Assembly (NCBI RefSeq): GCF_001194135.2
Contig: NC_068982.1
Location: 86,118,629-86,182,628 of the forward strand
From: Octopus bimaculoides
Taxonomy: Eukaryota
Direction of reading: 5' to 3'
DNA length: 64,000 nucleotides
The position numbers and the translations under genes were made by a program. This document shows positions 1 to 12,964 of this stretch, piece by piece. Below the pieces are notes generated by a model. That model saw nothing but the letters and a program-made list of their open reading frames with translations. It was not told where the DNA came from and did no database searches. How positions within the stretch are numbered: position 1 is the stretch's first letter; every line of letters starts with the position of its first letter.

Positions 1-399
1 GAAATCACATTTTCACAGATCAATTCAAACAGTGAGCTAGTTTTTTTTTTATCAGATTCAGTTTAAGTTAAAAAGTTTCTCCTTCCTTCTTTGGTTAAAT
101 CTTAAATTTACAGGTAGGCAGTGAGGAGCACTGTAGAAGGAACTTTCTCTTGGTGGTGATGCACCTGCCCTACCCACCTCTTTACCATCTTCCCTGATGT
201 CCAATATCTATCTACCTCACTTCTATGTTTACAACCAGTCCTAAGCAGTCCTCCTACTCTCCCTGTCAATATGAATATATTATACTGAACTTGCTGTGAA
301 CTAGCTCCCCTCCTTAGTTGATCTTCCTTCACTTTTCCTTTTATCTATTGCTCTCTCTTTCTCTCTTCTACTTTCTGTTTTGCCAAGCAAAATAGATGA

Positions 400-2288
400 C
401 AATAATGGTGTGAATGGGACTGGAACCAATGGTGAAGGTCCCGCACCCAGCAGGTGCTCCACTGTGCAGCAGGGTAGTCCTGGTTGTAATCCAGCAACTG
501 CCACCCATGCTACAAGACATAAGTGAAATAAACAAGTAAACATGATGGTTATTGAGTGTTACTACCGGAGCACTCAGTGGCATGCCTATCAGAGGGTACA
601 GAAAATGAATGCAGAGTGAATGGAAGGCAATGAAACTGTTTGAAATTACTGAACAGAGATTATGCGACCAAGCAAGAGCAATACGAAATAATGGATAGTT
701 AACAGCATTAGAGCTAGAAGCTATCAAAAGAAAGATATTGGGTGGTACTGGGCATGTGAGAAACGAAAGTGGTATAGTGGAAGAGATGGAAACGATTGTT
801 TGCAATGAATTGTGACAGAATTGAGATCAGTGACTACTCAAACAATGAAGATCGATTAATAATAGACAAAATCTTGGATATATTAAATTCAGAAGGAACA
901 GAATTTATATGCGACTTTAAGAAGGCTAACAAATGGAGACTAAATCAAGAGACAAGTAAAGTCAATAATGTATTGAGACACATTGAAATAAAGAACATCA
1001 CACAAACAAATAATCATATCAAGGCTGCTAGTAGGATTGTAGTGGAAAGGATGGGATTGAGAACTATTGAGAACAGAACAGCAACAGATAGAAGAGGAAA
1101 TAAACAAACATGGTGGAAAAGGAGAATTTCTGAAGATATAAACTCCTTGGACAGTGTAGTGTCAATACTTGTCAGGAAAAGAAATGGAGAACTTAAGAAT
1201 GAATGGAAATTCAAAAAAGTTAGGAAGAAGTATGGTGTAGATACAAAAGGCCTGAATGTTGTAATTGAAGAACTGAAGCAGCACGTACTTTCAAAAGAAG
1301 CAAAGCTAACTAGGTTCAAACAACAGATTAAGCAATACCAGCAAAAAAAATTGTTTAGAACTGACCAAAAAAGATTTATCAAGAGATTAATGATGATAAA
1401 AAGCGTGGAAAATTAGTCCCTGATACTGATGAAAGTTGACTTTTCTGAGATAAGATATGGAGTAAGCAAGAACAACATAATACTACAGCTGAATGACTCT
1501 GCAGCCTGAAGCAAACAGCTTCTTATCCCCAGTAAGAGGCTATCCAATTCATAGAAGATAGTATCAGAAATAAGAGTTAAAAGATAAGCAATTGGAAAGC
1601 AGCAGGACCTGATGGTGTACAGGGATTTTGGATAAAAAAAAAAGTTCAGTAGTTGCCATAAATTGATTGCACAACAATTTAATTCATTGATCAATGGAGA
1701 AGAAATCCTGGGCTGGTTGACAAAAGGATGAAGGATGCATCAAAGGGAAATGCTGCTGATAATCACAGACCAATTTCCTGCCCCCCCCCCTTAACGTGTA
1801 AGTTACTGTCAGGAAGAATTGCAGAAGAACTGTATAAATCTTTTGATGTGAATGATATATTACCGACGGAACAAAAAGGCTGTAGAAAGAAATGCAGAGG
1901 TACCAAAGATCAACTATTGATAGACAAAATAGTAATGCAAGATTGTAAACAAAGGAGAACAAATATGGGAATGGCCTGGATGGACTATCATGAAGCTTAT
2001 GATATGATTCCACATTTGTGGATCATCAAGTGCTTAGATCTGTTTGGAATTGCGAGGAATGTAATGTGTTTCCTGAAGAGAAGTATGGTGGGATGGAAAA
2101 CTGAACTGACATCTTATGGGAAAAGCTTGGGCACCCTGGGTATCAGAAGAGAGATTTTCCAGGGTGATAGCCTATCTCTGTTGCTTTGTGTTCTCTGCAT
2201 GATACCCATGACCTTGGTACTTAGGTGTACAAACTAAAAGAAAAATCCCAAACAATCAACCACCTCCTCTTTATGGATGATTTGAAAC
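400..2288 (+). mobile_element. R4/Dong-type (RLE clade) non-LTR retrotransposon, N-terminal region plus RT, decayed and 3'-truncated
   Basis: ORFs 796-1416 and 1728-2237 and adjacent frames give [50 protein letters not shown] and INHLLFMDDLK; stops and frameshifts; ends at the MDD motif. Confidence 0.85.
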
Positions 2289-3256
2289 AGAGTCTGGCTG
2301 ATGAAGGTGTTACTGTATTGAAATATTGGCCAGCTCAGAGCCCTGACTTAAATATCATTGAGCAAATATGGACAGAACTAAAGAGAAGAGTTCGTCAGAA
2401 GAATCCATGTAATCTTGAAGAGTTGTGGCATCTCATATCTGTGAAGATAATGAAGGGCTTGTATGCTTCTCTTCCCAGACACATGAAAGATTCAAGCTAA
2501 GGGAATCCACAGGAAATATTAACAATGTACAGTAACTTCTTCAAATGAACATTATGTAATAAATTTTCATTATAGACGTAGGAGTGGCTATGTGGTAAGT
2601 AGCTTGCTTACGAACCACATGGTTCCGGGTTCAGTTCCACTGTGTTGCACCTTGGGCAAGTGTCTTCTACTATAGCCTCGGGCTGACCAAAGCCTTGTGA
2701 GTGGATTTGGTAGACAGAAACTGAGAGAAGCCCATTGTATATATGCATATATATGTATGTGTGTGTATATGTTTGTGTGTCTGTGTTTGTCCTCCCAACA
2801 TTGCTTGTCAACCGATGCTGGTGTGTTTACATCCCCGTAACTTAGTGGTTCGGCAAAAGAGATCGACAGAATAAGTACTAGGCTTACAAAGAATAAGTCC
2901 TGGGGTCGATTTGCTCGAATAAAGGTAGTGCTCCAGCATGGCCACAGTCACATGACTGAAACAAGTAAAAGAGTAAAAGAGTATAGGCATTTTTTGTTTT
3001 AAAACACTGTATCTTGATTGGCTTATGAGGTAGCTAAAAACTTTTGCACAGCCATTTTTGGTGGTCATCTCACATCTTCCCCTCTTATTCAGAACCTCTA
3101 CTACAAAATATAAGGATTAGGTATGGAAATGACTCCTACAGGGCCAATGTTTCATTTGTAGAAAAACGCAATGCAAAACATATTCTTTCTTATAAGTTGG
3201 CAATTAGTAGAAATTTACAATAGTTTAAAGTGGCCAAAGACTTTTGCATGGTTCTG
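2289..3256 (+). mobile_element. Tc1-like transposon 3' half with IR/DR-type terminal repeat, interrupted by a SINE
   Basis: YWPAQSPDLNIIEQIWTELKRRV motif; two related ..AAAACTTTTGCA(C/T).. repeats at 3030-3054 and 3230-3256, about 200 bp apart; followed by TA. Confidence 0.7.
2575..2983 (+). mobile_element. tRNA-derived SINE, full length (CORE-like body, internal TA/TG microsatellite)
   Basis: A box TGGCTATGTGG, B box GGTTCAGTTCC, CACCTTGGGCAAGTG body, tail GACTGAAACAAGTAAAAGAGTAAAAGAG; many related copies in the window. Confidence 0.9.
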
Positions 3257-4102
3257 TAAACACACTTTCTCTCTTAAATAAGTTTTATGATATGTTTTAT
3301 ATGATGTTTTATCAGCAAAATAAGGACAAAGAAAGCATAAAAATTAGGATCCAATAGATAAATGATGTAAACTTGAATCAGATCAAATAGGTATGAATTT
3401 GTGATAAGAATAGCTAACATATTTGATGTGGAAATAGACAGAGTGTTAGCAAATGAAAGCCAAGATAGATTTAGATATTCCTTGTACTTTCAAGTACAAC
3501 CATTATTGATTCCTTGTGTGGTTCATAAAAATGTTTCCAAGTTTAGTAGCTAATAGTTATGAGCTCAAATACCAATAAATGTAATTTTGTCTTTCATTTC
3601 TCTAATAGGGATAAAATAAATATCAATTATATATTATAACTGAGTCAGTTAACTTTCTTCCTTTTACAAAAATTGGTCTCATGTCTTAGAAGAATTATCA
3701 TCAAAATAATGAGAAAGATGAAGAAGCACAAAACATAACAGGTTCTCCATACAAATATAGACCAATAATCATTATGTTGATGATTGAAAAAGTATTATGG
3801 TAAAGTATTATGGAAAAGCATAAATATCACTAATTCACATTTTCTATTCAATGCAAATATGATGCATTATATCAATGTGAGTAATGTAATGTCATTAGCA
3901 TTCATTCTACCAAATATATTACTGTTTTATTGAAAAGCAGAAAATATCAATTTCTTTAATTAACTCTTAAAGTCTTGTACTGCAAGTAACTCCAACTGTC
4001 ATAAAGTCCTGAACCATACAAAGCCACAATTCAGAAAAAGTTGTTGCTTGGGGGTGAGAAATAGGAACTAAGCATTCTTCCATACAAGAAACAAAGTTTA
4101 AC

Positions 4103-4122
4103 CTTATTTTAGAAAGAACTTC
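4103..4122 (-). CDS. Possible 20-nt exon (EVLSKI-) of the unidentified minus-strand gene
   Basis: Acceptor tctatttgtttttgacag, weak donor AG|gttaaa; phase 0 start matches the end of candidate exon 6361-6391. Confidence 0.2.
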
Positions 4123-4938
4123 CTGTCAAAAACAAATAGATAAGTAAATTAATCAATTAAAAATAATAATAAACTTTCTATTTGAACCATGTGCATTAGC
4201 AGTTGTTGCTTATTTAATGAATGCCTTTGGATTTTCTTTTCTTGCTTCAATTTTAGAGCATCATTATATTATAAATGATTTAGAAATTATTAAGGCTTTG
4301 ATTTTGACTTATTAAAACTTTGATTAGAAATAAAAAATTGGGCTTTCAGAGAATAATTAAAGAGATATTTCAGTGTCAAGTGTACAAACCAGTGATCTAA
4401 GTGATATCAGGAGTTGTCAGTTCTGAGTAGGAATGGAGTTATATATCTGATCATTGCATGGATATTTTTGTCATTGATGTGGGCCCTACAAAGGCTTTAA
4501 ACTTAGAAGCAAACCCTGTTAAGAATTTTCTTCAAGTTTTTTCTGAAGAAATTTTTCACCAGAATGAAAACAGCAAATGTTAATTAAAAAAAAGAGATAA
4601 AAGTATATCTTGGAATGTTTTTTTCTAACAGTAGTTGTGCAGCTTCCAAGTTACAAAGACTACTGGAACAAAAATTCAGCTCTGAGATGTCCAGGAATTG
4701 ATATCTTGTAAATATGCATGAAAATACACATGGAATCAGTTTACCTGTAGTCAATCTACCTGGGCAGATGAAAGTGACATGACAACAAACAAAAATCAAA
4801 AGCAGGTAAAAACCACATTCACAACATACACATTACATCATATAAGCAAGTTTCATCCAGACTTAGGAAATAGTTATAATTTCATGACTCTTATACTGGA
4901 CTAAACACACTTCATCAAAATCTCTAGTTTCTGATAGC

Positions 4939-4939
4939 A

Positions 4940-4992
<53 letters not shown>

Positions 4993-5777
4993 NNNNNNNN
5001 NNNNNNNNNNNNNNNNNNNNNNNNNNNNNNNNNNNNNNNNNNNNNNNNNNNNNNNNNNNNNNNNNNNNNNNNNNNNNNNNNNNNNNNNNNNNNNNNNNNN
5101 NNNNNNNNNNNNNNNNNNNNNNNNNNNNNNNNNNNNNNNNNNNNNNNNNNNNNNNNNNNNNNNNNNNNNNNNNNNNNNNNNNNNNNNNNNNNNNNNNNNN
5201 NNNNNNNNNNNNNNNNNNNNNNNNNNNNNNNNNNNNNNNNNNNNNNNNNNNNNNNNNNNNNNNNNNNNNNNNNNNNNNNNNNNNNNNNNNNNNNNNNNNN
5301 NNNNNNNNNNNNNNNNNNNNNNNNNNNNNNNNNNNNNNNNNNNNNNNNNNNNNNNNNNNNNNNNNNNNNNNNNNNNNNNNNNNNNNNNNNNNNNNNNNNN
5401 NNNNNNNNNNNNNNNNNNNNNNNNNNNNNNNNNNNNNNNNNNNNNNNNNNNNNNNNNNNNNNNNNNNNNNNNNNNNNNNNNNNNNNNNNNNNNNNNNNNN
5501 NNNNNNNNNNNNNNNNNNNNNNNNNNNNNNNNNNNNNNNNNNNNNNNNNNNNNNNNNNNNNNNNNNNNNNNNNNNNNNNNNNNNNNNNNNNNNNNNNNNN
5601 NNNNNNNNNNNNNNNNNNNNNNNNNNNNNNNNNNNNNNNNNNNNNNNNNNNNNNNNNNNNNNNNNNNNNNNNNNNNNNNNNNNNNNNNNNNNNNNNNNNN
5701 NNNNNNNNNNNNNNNNNNNNNNNNNNNNNNNNNNNNNNNNNNNNNNNNNNNNNNNNNNNNNNNNNNNNNNNNNNNNN

Positions 5778-5826
<49 letters not shown>

Positions 5827-5885
5827 TGTATGTATGTATGTATGTATGTATGTATGTATGTATGCATGCATGTATGTATATATAA
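4939..5885. repeat. (CA)n, N gap (4993-5777), then (TA)n(TATG)n
   Basis: Direct reading. Other N gaps: 6410-6623, 9971-9980, 16107-16138, 20631-20831, 22204-22880, 28609-28758, 37754-37838, 59379-60347; many are bordered by microsatellites. Confidence 0.95.
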
Positions 5886-6360
5886 AACACATTTACACAT
5901 GCAGTGTTTAATACAGGAGGCTTGTTTAGATTAAACAGGATTTCAAATGATGTGCATGCTTCTTAAGTATGGGTGATTACAATTCTTGCGACAGAGCCTA
6001 TCTTTCAAATTTAGGTCAAGCTGAAAAATAACAATGTGATTTTTTTAAAGCAACAATGTGATTTCTTGATAACTATTGTCTGGGACAAATGTAGTGATAA
6101 TAATTTTAATTTATGGAATGTAGGGAAGATAATCAACAATTTTTTTTATTGATCTCTCAATATATATTAAATAAACCATTTGATCTGGGAGCAATATTTA
6201 TTGTTCCCATAAATGAATTGCTTTCAGATTTCAAACCTTAGGAGCAATTTTTTTTTAAATAGACCATAAATAAAAAAAAAAAAAACAAGAATGAATATAA
6301 ATATTCAATGCATATATTAAATTTAAAAGAAATAAAAAATAAAAGATTATAAAAGCTCAC

Positions 6361-6391
6361 CTCAGTTTCTTGTTCAGTCAGATCTTCAGAA
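6361..6391 (-). CDS. Candidate 31-nt exon (-SEDLTEQETE)
   Basis: Acceptor ttattaatttctag, donor GAG|gtgagc, open frame phase 2 to 0, in unique AT-rich sequence. Confidence 0.35.
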
Positions 6392-6623
6392 CTAGAAATT
6401 AATAATTTGNNNNNNNNNNNNNNNNNNNNNNNNNNNNNNNNNNNNNNNNNNNNNNNNNNNNNNNNNNNNNNNNNNNNNNNNNNNNNNNNNNNNNNNNNNN
6501 NNNNNNNNNNNNNNNNNNNNNNNNNNNNNNNNNNNNNNNNNNNNNNNNNNNNNNNNNNNNNNNNNNNNNNNNNNNNNNNNNNNNNNNNNNNNNNNNNNNN
6601 NNNNNNNNNNNNNNNNNNNNNNN

Positions 6624-6674
<51 letters not shown>

Positions 6675-7836
6675 GATACACAGACATTACATATGTAAAC
6701 ATTTATGATGAACGGTTTTATTTTCAAAGTAATCTCTTTGTGTGTGTGTGTGTGCATGTTTTAAAACAGACATACATGCATACACACATTCACACGTGTG
6801 CATGCACACATACAACACTCACATTTAAGAATGGGGTGGAAATAAATGCATGTATTATATTATCATATTACATTATATTTCAAGAATTCTAATGGCAAAC
6901 AGGCAACGTAAAATAAGTGATATAACAAAGTAATGATATAATATAAATTTTAAGCACTGTCATCATAACATTGGAAATAATGCACTTCTATTTTCACAGC
7001 TACCAGTCAACATGCTTCACAGGTTATTCACTATAAAATAGCACAGTATTTCTAGATTTTTTTTAAAGAAACTACCTACCCTTTTTGTGCCTTGATAGCT
7101 TCTATGACAACTTTATGAAAGCTATTCATTTTTATTGTCAATTTAAATATCTTTCAGTTGTATCCATGATTAATTTGAAGCTGGTTAAAAATACCATATC
7201 TACCTCTATTTCTACTGAACAGACAGAGCAGATGAGAAATAAAAACAACAGAATGTAGTGCTTCTACAGTACTGGCTGCTGCTGTCTCTCACACATGAAT
7301 GTTAAGAGACCCAATCAATGAGACAACTCTATTCCAGCAGACTGCTGCTTGCAGTAGCAGTCAGCAGTACAAGTTTATCAGAGGGCCAAATTGGTATATG
7401 GTGATAACAATGTTAATGTTGATGATTATGATGATGTTGATGATAATACTCTCAATAAAAATAGTTGTAATAGTGATGTTATTCACAGCACTAAACTTAC
7501 AGAAAATAGGCTCTCCATTGCTTTCAACAATGACTATTCTACTTGGTTTACCAATGGAATTATCTTATTAAATTATAGTATTCCAAAGATACTCTTAACA
7601 TAATGACAGATGGAAACACCTTGGCATGTGATCCTTTTGAATTACAGATATGATCCATTTGACAGGCTTCTCACAGTTTCCCTCTACACAATTTTAGTCA
7701 TATATCTTGGGTTGCCCCACTTACCTAAAGTGATGTTTGGCGAAATTAAACCAAGGACCACAACAAATACCAAATGAACTTCTTAATTATTCAGCAGTAG
7801 AGCCCACATAAACACACAGATATATATATATATATA

Positions 7837-7994
7837 GTTAAAAAAAACAATAACAAAAAACAACAAAGTGAGGACGTGATACGGATAGTGTTATTGGACG
7901 CTCGGGAAAGGAAAGAGAGAGTGTATGACATTTCGGGCGTAGCCCTTCGTCGGAAAGATGGAAAGTTCGGAGAATGGAAAAACGGAGAAAGAGG

Positions 7995-7997
<3 letters not shown>
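7837..7997 (-). mobile_element. PLE pseudo-LTR fragment embedded in (TA)n
   Basis: (TA)n on both sides; shares TTCCCGAGCGTC and the hammerhead-like core with 46008-46171. Confidence 0.6.
7923..7957 (-). ncRNA. Decayed minimal hammerhead ribozyme motif
   Basis: Minus strand CCGACGA-A-GGGC-TAC-GCCC-GAAATGTC: core U4 to C, stem III ACGT to ATGT, stem I partly broken. Confidence 0.45.
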
Positions 7998-8031
<34 letters not shown>

Positions 8032-8780
8032 AACATATATATATATACATATATACACACACACAAACTCATATACACTTACTTTTTAAAGTATTATTTT
8101 TCAATAATGGCATATAATTTTGTTATACAGCATAGCATCATTCACCTACATTTTTCATCAACTTGTCTGACTACAGACCCAAGCACTCAACAAAAGCAAA
8201 TCCTGTATTTAAAAAGTTTGTTTCACAGCTACATGGTTTTGGGTCTGATATAGAGCACAATAATTATGTGACTTCTAAAATAGTTATGGATTGACCAATA
8301 CTTTATGACTGAATCTGTGTGGAAGCCTGTCATATATACATAATACACATACATACATGCACACATCTGCATGTGAGTATGTGTGTGTTCATGTTAATGT
8401 AAATACTGATGTGGTTTCAAACAGTGTAATAGGAGTTCTGTATAAAATTGTAACTTAGCAATTGTAACTTACCAAATATATATTGATATAGTAAGCATCA
8501 TTTCGAAAAATGCTTGGAGTATATATAATCGGCTAATCCTTGAAGACAGTAATTGGACTCCAGCATGGCTGGAGTTCAATTACTGGAATCAGCAAAAGAA
8601 CAAAACATCATAAATAAATCAGATGTACTATAAAATGTACATATGTATCTCTCTCTCTCTTTCTGCATATACATACATACATTACATACATACATAAATA
8701 CACATATATTTATAGATCAGTAGTTCATATATCTGAAAAAAGAAGTGCACTCTAAGACATTAGAGTAATAGTATATTTAG

Positions 8781-8975
8781 AAGGTTGTTGGTTATGGCCA
8801 GTCAGAGAGTGACCGACCATTGGTTTTGCACCTATAAAGCACTGAGCTGTATAGGCAAATCCTCAGACTCAGATGGTTGGAGGCCATTTGAGTTTGACAG
8901 GTCACCTATACAGCTAAGTGCCTTATAGTCGTGAAACCAATGGCCACTCTCTGACTGGTCATAACAAACAAACTT
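8781..8975. repeat. ~195-nt imperfect foldback (MITE-like hairpin)
   Basis: 8781-8855 is the reverse complement of 8905-8975 apart from a GACC bulge and a few mismatches; inner TCAGACTCAGATGG / CCATTTGAGTTTGA also pair. Confidence 0.85.
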
Positions 8976-8990
8976 TTATATGTATGTATG

Positions 8991-9038
<48 letters not shown>

Positions 9039-9042
<4 letters not shown>

Positions 9043-9141
9043 CAGACAGACAGTCATTTTTTGGCATACTCCATCTGCCAATATGAACATTACAACTATT
9101 ACATAAGACCACGCCCTGCCAGAAACAGCTGTGTATGTACA

Positions 9142-9205
<64 letters not shown>

Positions 9206-9304
9206 CAGACAGACAGTCATTTTTTGGCATACTCCATCTGCCAATATGAACATTACAACTATTACATAAGACCACGCCCTGCCAGAAACAGCTGTGTATG
9301 TACA

Positions 9305-9312
<8 letters not shown>
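9039..9312. repeat. Two identical ~110-bp units separated and flanked by (TA)n
   Basis: The unit CAGACAGACAG...ACATGTGTGCA starts at about 9039 and again at about 9202. Confidence 0.9.
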
Positions 9313-9337
<25 letters not shown>

Positions 9338-9439
9338 CCAAAGTTTTTAATTTTTACATTTAAGAGAGAGATTTGACGCTAATATCCATATCAATGTATT
9401 TTATTCCTATGTCAACATTTCTGTATAAAGCTATATATA

Positions 9440-12408
9440 TATATTTTGCAATACCAACTTCAGGAAACCTGCTTATCACCTAGTTACCTACTGTTCCAGC
9501 AGACACACTAGCCAAATCAACTACATCCTCGCCAGAAATAGGGAGAGAGGACTGCTTATAAATGCCAAAACCTTCCCAGGCAAAGAATGTAAACCTTAAC
9601 ACAGATTAGTAGTTAGCAACTTCGGGATCAAGGCTAAATGGATGCCCAGAAGTAGCCCAGCTTGGAGGAGAAGGGTCTGGAAGCTTAAAGATCCTGCAAA
9701 TGGACAGAGATTTAGAGATGTGTTACTTGAAGCCTTTGACGAAATAGAAGGGGATATAGCATCACATAATGTGGAAGACAATTGGAGGTTTCAACGGGAC
9801 AACATGCCGAGAGCCACCAACCAGATCTGTGGTTGGTGCAAAGTCCCCTCTCGACCCAACATAACGTGGTGGTGGAACAGTGTAGTTGACAGGGCTATTA
9901 GACAAAAGAAACAAGCTTGGAAGGACTGGAAGAATGGAGGTAGCAGGGAATTGTATCAGACTGCCAGAAGNNNNNNNNNNTGGAGGTAGCAGGGAATTGT
10001 ATCAGACTGCCAGAAGGGAAGCTAGGAGACAGGTTTACTTAGCCAGAGGGGAAGCAGATAGGAAAAAATTTGCCAATGTTCTGTGCCGTGAGAACCAAAG
10101 ACTTGAAGTATTTCATGTTGCAAGACAGTCTGTGAGAGAGAATCGTGATGTCATAGGAGAGAAATGTGTCCGCATGGATGATGGCTCACTTGCACTAAAC
10201 GAGGCTGCAAAAAAAGAGGTTTGGAGACACCACTCTGAAAGATTGCTGAATAAAGAGAATGAATGAGAGGAAGAGAGTCTGCCACATGTCGACCCAACAG
10301 AGGGACCAGCTATCCTAATTGACAGTACCTTGGTAGATAAAGTGATCAAGAGTATGAAGACAGGGAAAGCCCCCGGCCCATCAGGAATCACTGCAGAGAT
10401 GCTCAAAATATCTGGCAGCATCGGCTATAGCCTAGTCACCCGTATTGTTAACCAGGTGATACACAAAGGAGTCATACCCAATGACTGGTGTAGCAGCACC
10501 ATAGTCAACTGCTACAAAGGTAAAGGTGATGCTTAAGACACAAACAATTACAGAGGTATCAAGTTGTTGGACCAGGTAATGAAGGTCACTGAGAGGGTCA
10601 TAGCACAACTAATTAGGGAGAGAGTCAGCTTAGATGAGATGCAGTTTGGGTTCATGCCAGGGAAAAGCACCACTGATGCTATATTTCTGGTAAGACAGCT
10701 GCAGGAGAAATATCTAACCAAGGATAAACCTCTGTACCTGGCTTTCGTTGACATGGAGAAAGCCTTTGACAGAATCCCCTGCTCCCTTATCTGGTGGTCA
10801 ATGAGGAAACTTGAGATAGATGAATGGTTAGTGAGAGCTGTCCAAACCATGCACAAGGACGCTGTCAGTAAGGTGAGGGTTGGCAACAAGGACAGTGAAG
10901 AATTCCGGGTAGAGGTAGGGGTCCACCAAGGTTCTGTCCTCAGCCCTCTCCTATTTTTCATAGTCCTCTAGGCAATAACACAGGAATTCAAGACAGGATG
11001 CCCCTGGGAGCTCCTCTATGCTGATGACCATGACCTAATTGCTGAGTCACAATCAGAACTATAGTAGAAGTTTCAGGTGTGGAAGCAAGGACTAGAATCG
11101 AAGGACCTTAGAGTCAACCTAGCTAAAACCAAAGTCCTAATAAGTAGGAAGGTAGACAAAACACAAACCCCTTCAGGTAGATGGCCCTGCTTGATCTGTA
11201 GAAAAAGCGTAGGTAAAAACTCCATAAGATGTACCCAGTGTAAGCTATGGACACATAAGAGGTGCAGCAATATCAAAGGCAAGCTAACTAGGAAGATAGT
11301 TTTTGTATGTGGCAGATGATCAGGAGCAATAAACATTGCTCCATGGCAGTGAAACATGGGCCGTGACTGCTGAGGACATGCGTAAGCTCACAAGAAACGA
11401 AGCCAGTATGCTCCAATGGACGTGTAATGTCAGTGTGCATACTTGACAGAGTATAAGTACCTTGAGAAGCATCAGTTGTGGTGAGCAAGAGAGACGTTTG
11501 CGCTGGTATGGACATGTGGCAAGAATGGATGAGGATAGCTGTGTGAAAAAGTGCCACATCCTAGTAATTGAGGGAACCTGTGGAAGAGGTAGACCCAGGA
11601 AGACCTGGGATGAGGTGGTGAAGCACGACCTTCGAACTTTAGGCCTCACCGAGGCAATGACTAGTGACCAGGACATTTGGAAATATGCAGTATGTGAGAA
11701 GACCTGGCAAGGCAAGTGAGAGCATAATCTGTGGCCTCTGCTAGAAGCGTAGCCAGCTCACTTATTCGTATTTTTACTTCATTAGACACTAAACTCTGCT
11801 TGTGAAGACCTGTTGAGGCAAGTGAAATTGAAATTGAAATCAATTCGACGACTGGCACCCATGCCAACCTTTCCTTCATCGGACACTAAACTCTGCTTGC
11901 GAAGACCTGTTGGGGAAAGTAAAATCAAAATCGTAATTGACCCATATTTGATGACTGTACCTGTGCCAGTGGAGCACTAACAGCATCGTCCAAGTGTGAT
12001 CATTGCCCGAGCAACTGTCTGGCTTCCATGCTAGTGGCCCGTAAATAACACCATTTGAGCGTGATCTTTACCAGCATTGCCTTACTGGCACTTGTACCGG
12101 TGGCACATTAGAAAATCATTTGAGCGAGGTCGTTGCCAGTGCTGCTAGACTGGCTCCTGTGCAGGTGGCACATAAAAAAAACCCTATTTTGAGCATGGCC
12201 GTTGCCAGTACCGCGTGACTGGCCCTCATACCGGTGGCACGTAAAAGCACCCACTATACTCTCAGAGTGGTTGGCGTTAGGAAGGGCATCCAGCTGTAGA
12301 AACTCTGCCAGATCAGATTGGAGCCTGGTGCAGCCATCCGGTTCACCAGTCCTCAGTCAAATCGTCCAAACCATGCCAGCATGGAAAGCGGACATCAGAA
12401 TATTGAGG
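9440..12408 (+). mobile_element. RTE-type LINE (PHD-finger family) copy A: endonuclease end, RT, PHD-like finger, repeat-rich 3' UTR
   Basis: TWWWN, KAPGPSGITAEMLK, QFGFMPGKSTTDAIF, AFVDMEKAFD, GVHQGSVLSP, LYADD, CLIC..CTQC..HKRC..CGR, GRGRPRKTW; about 240 bp (YLGD region) deleted near 11336 relative to the copy at 62745-64000. Confidence 0.92.
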
Positions 12409-12419
12409 CTGAAGATTGG

Positions 12420-12640
12420 AATAGTGAAATTTCTATTCACTTAACCATGAAACGATTCGTATCCAATTAACTAAAAGCTTGGCTTGTTTACGCTTTTCCC
12501 TCCGGTTTTTTGTTCTATGTGTGCCATAAATATCGCCATCCACTTTAGAGAAAATTTGTAGTTTGGAATCAGTAGTTCTTTGACTGCTATTTCTAAATTT
12601 TCAGTATGTTGGAGAAGCAACTCAATTGCTAATCCCTGTA
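12420..12640 (-). mobile_element. Possible Tc1/mariner-type 5' terminal fragment
   Basis: Minus strand begins TA-CAGGGATTAGC at a (TA)n boundary; no diagnostic protein motif. Confidence 0.25.
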
Positions 12641-12964
12641 TATTTATATATATATATATATATATATATACATACATACAGACAGATAGATATAGACAGA
12701 TGGACAGACAGATAGATATACACATATAATTGCTTTTCTTTCTCAGCAGGGTTCTGTAAACAAGCAAATCTTAACTGAGTTCATGGGACCCATCCCAGAG
12801 CTCTACCAATGTTTTGTCAAGAACAATACAATGCTATGTAAAGCTTCACTGAAATATATACTGATATACATATACATACATATGAATATAATTATTACAT
12901 CAGAGGATCTACTAGCAAGGAAACATATGTAGCCTGGACTTTACTTCTTCCACTGTCTCAATTT

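Noticed and set aside
2575-2640. tRNA-like sequence
   Set aside because: It is a SINE head (A and B boxes) with no complete cloverleaf.
4901-5900. Long ORF-track entries of X, YIYI, HTHT or VCVC (also 22121-23074, 59269-60415 and others)
   Set aside because: Artefacts of N gaps and microsatellites.
7080-7220. Possible minus-strand exon (MNSFHKVVIEAIKAQKG)
   Set aside because: The donor is plausible, but no good acceptor gives a stop-free frame.
9935-10016. 36-bp repeat on both sides of a 10-N gap
   Set aside because: Unmerged contig overlap.
11317-11319. TGA at the last Cys of the PHD finger in copy A (possible selenocysteine)
   Set aside because: Copies B, E and H have TGT and copy F has TAA; it is a point mutation.
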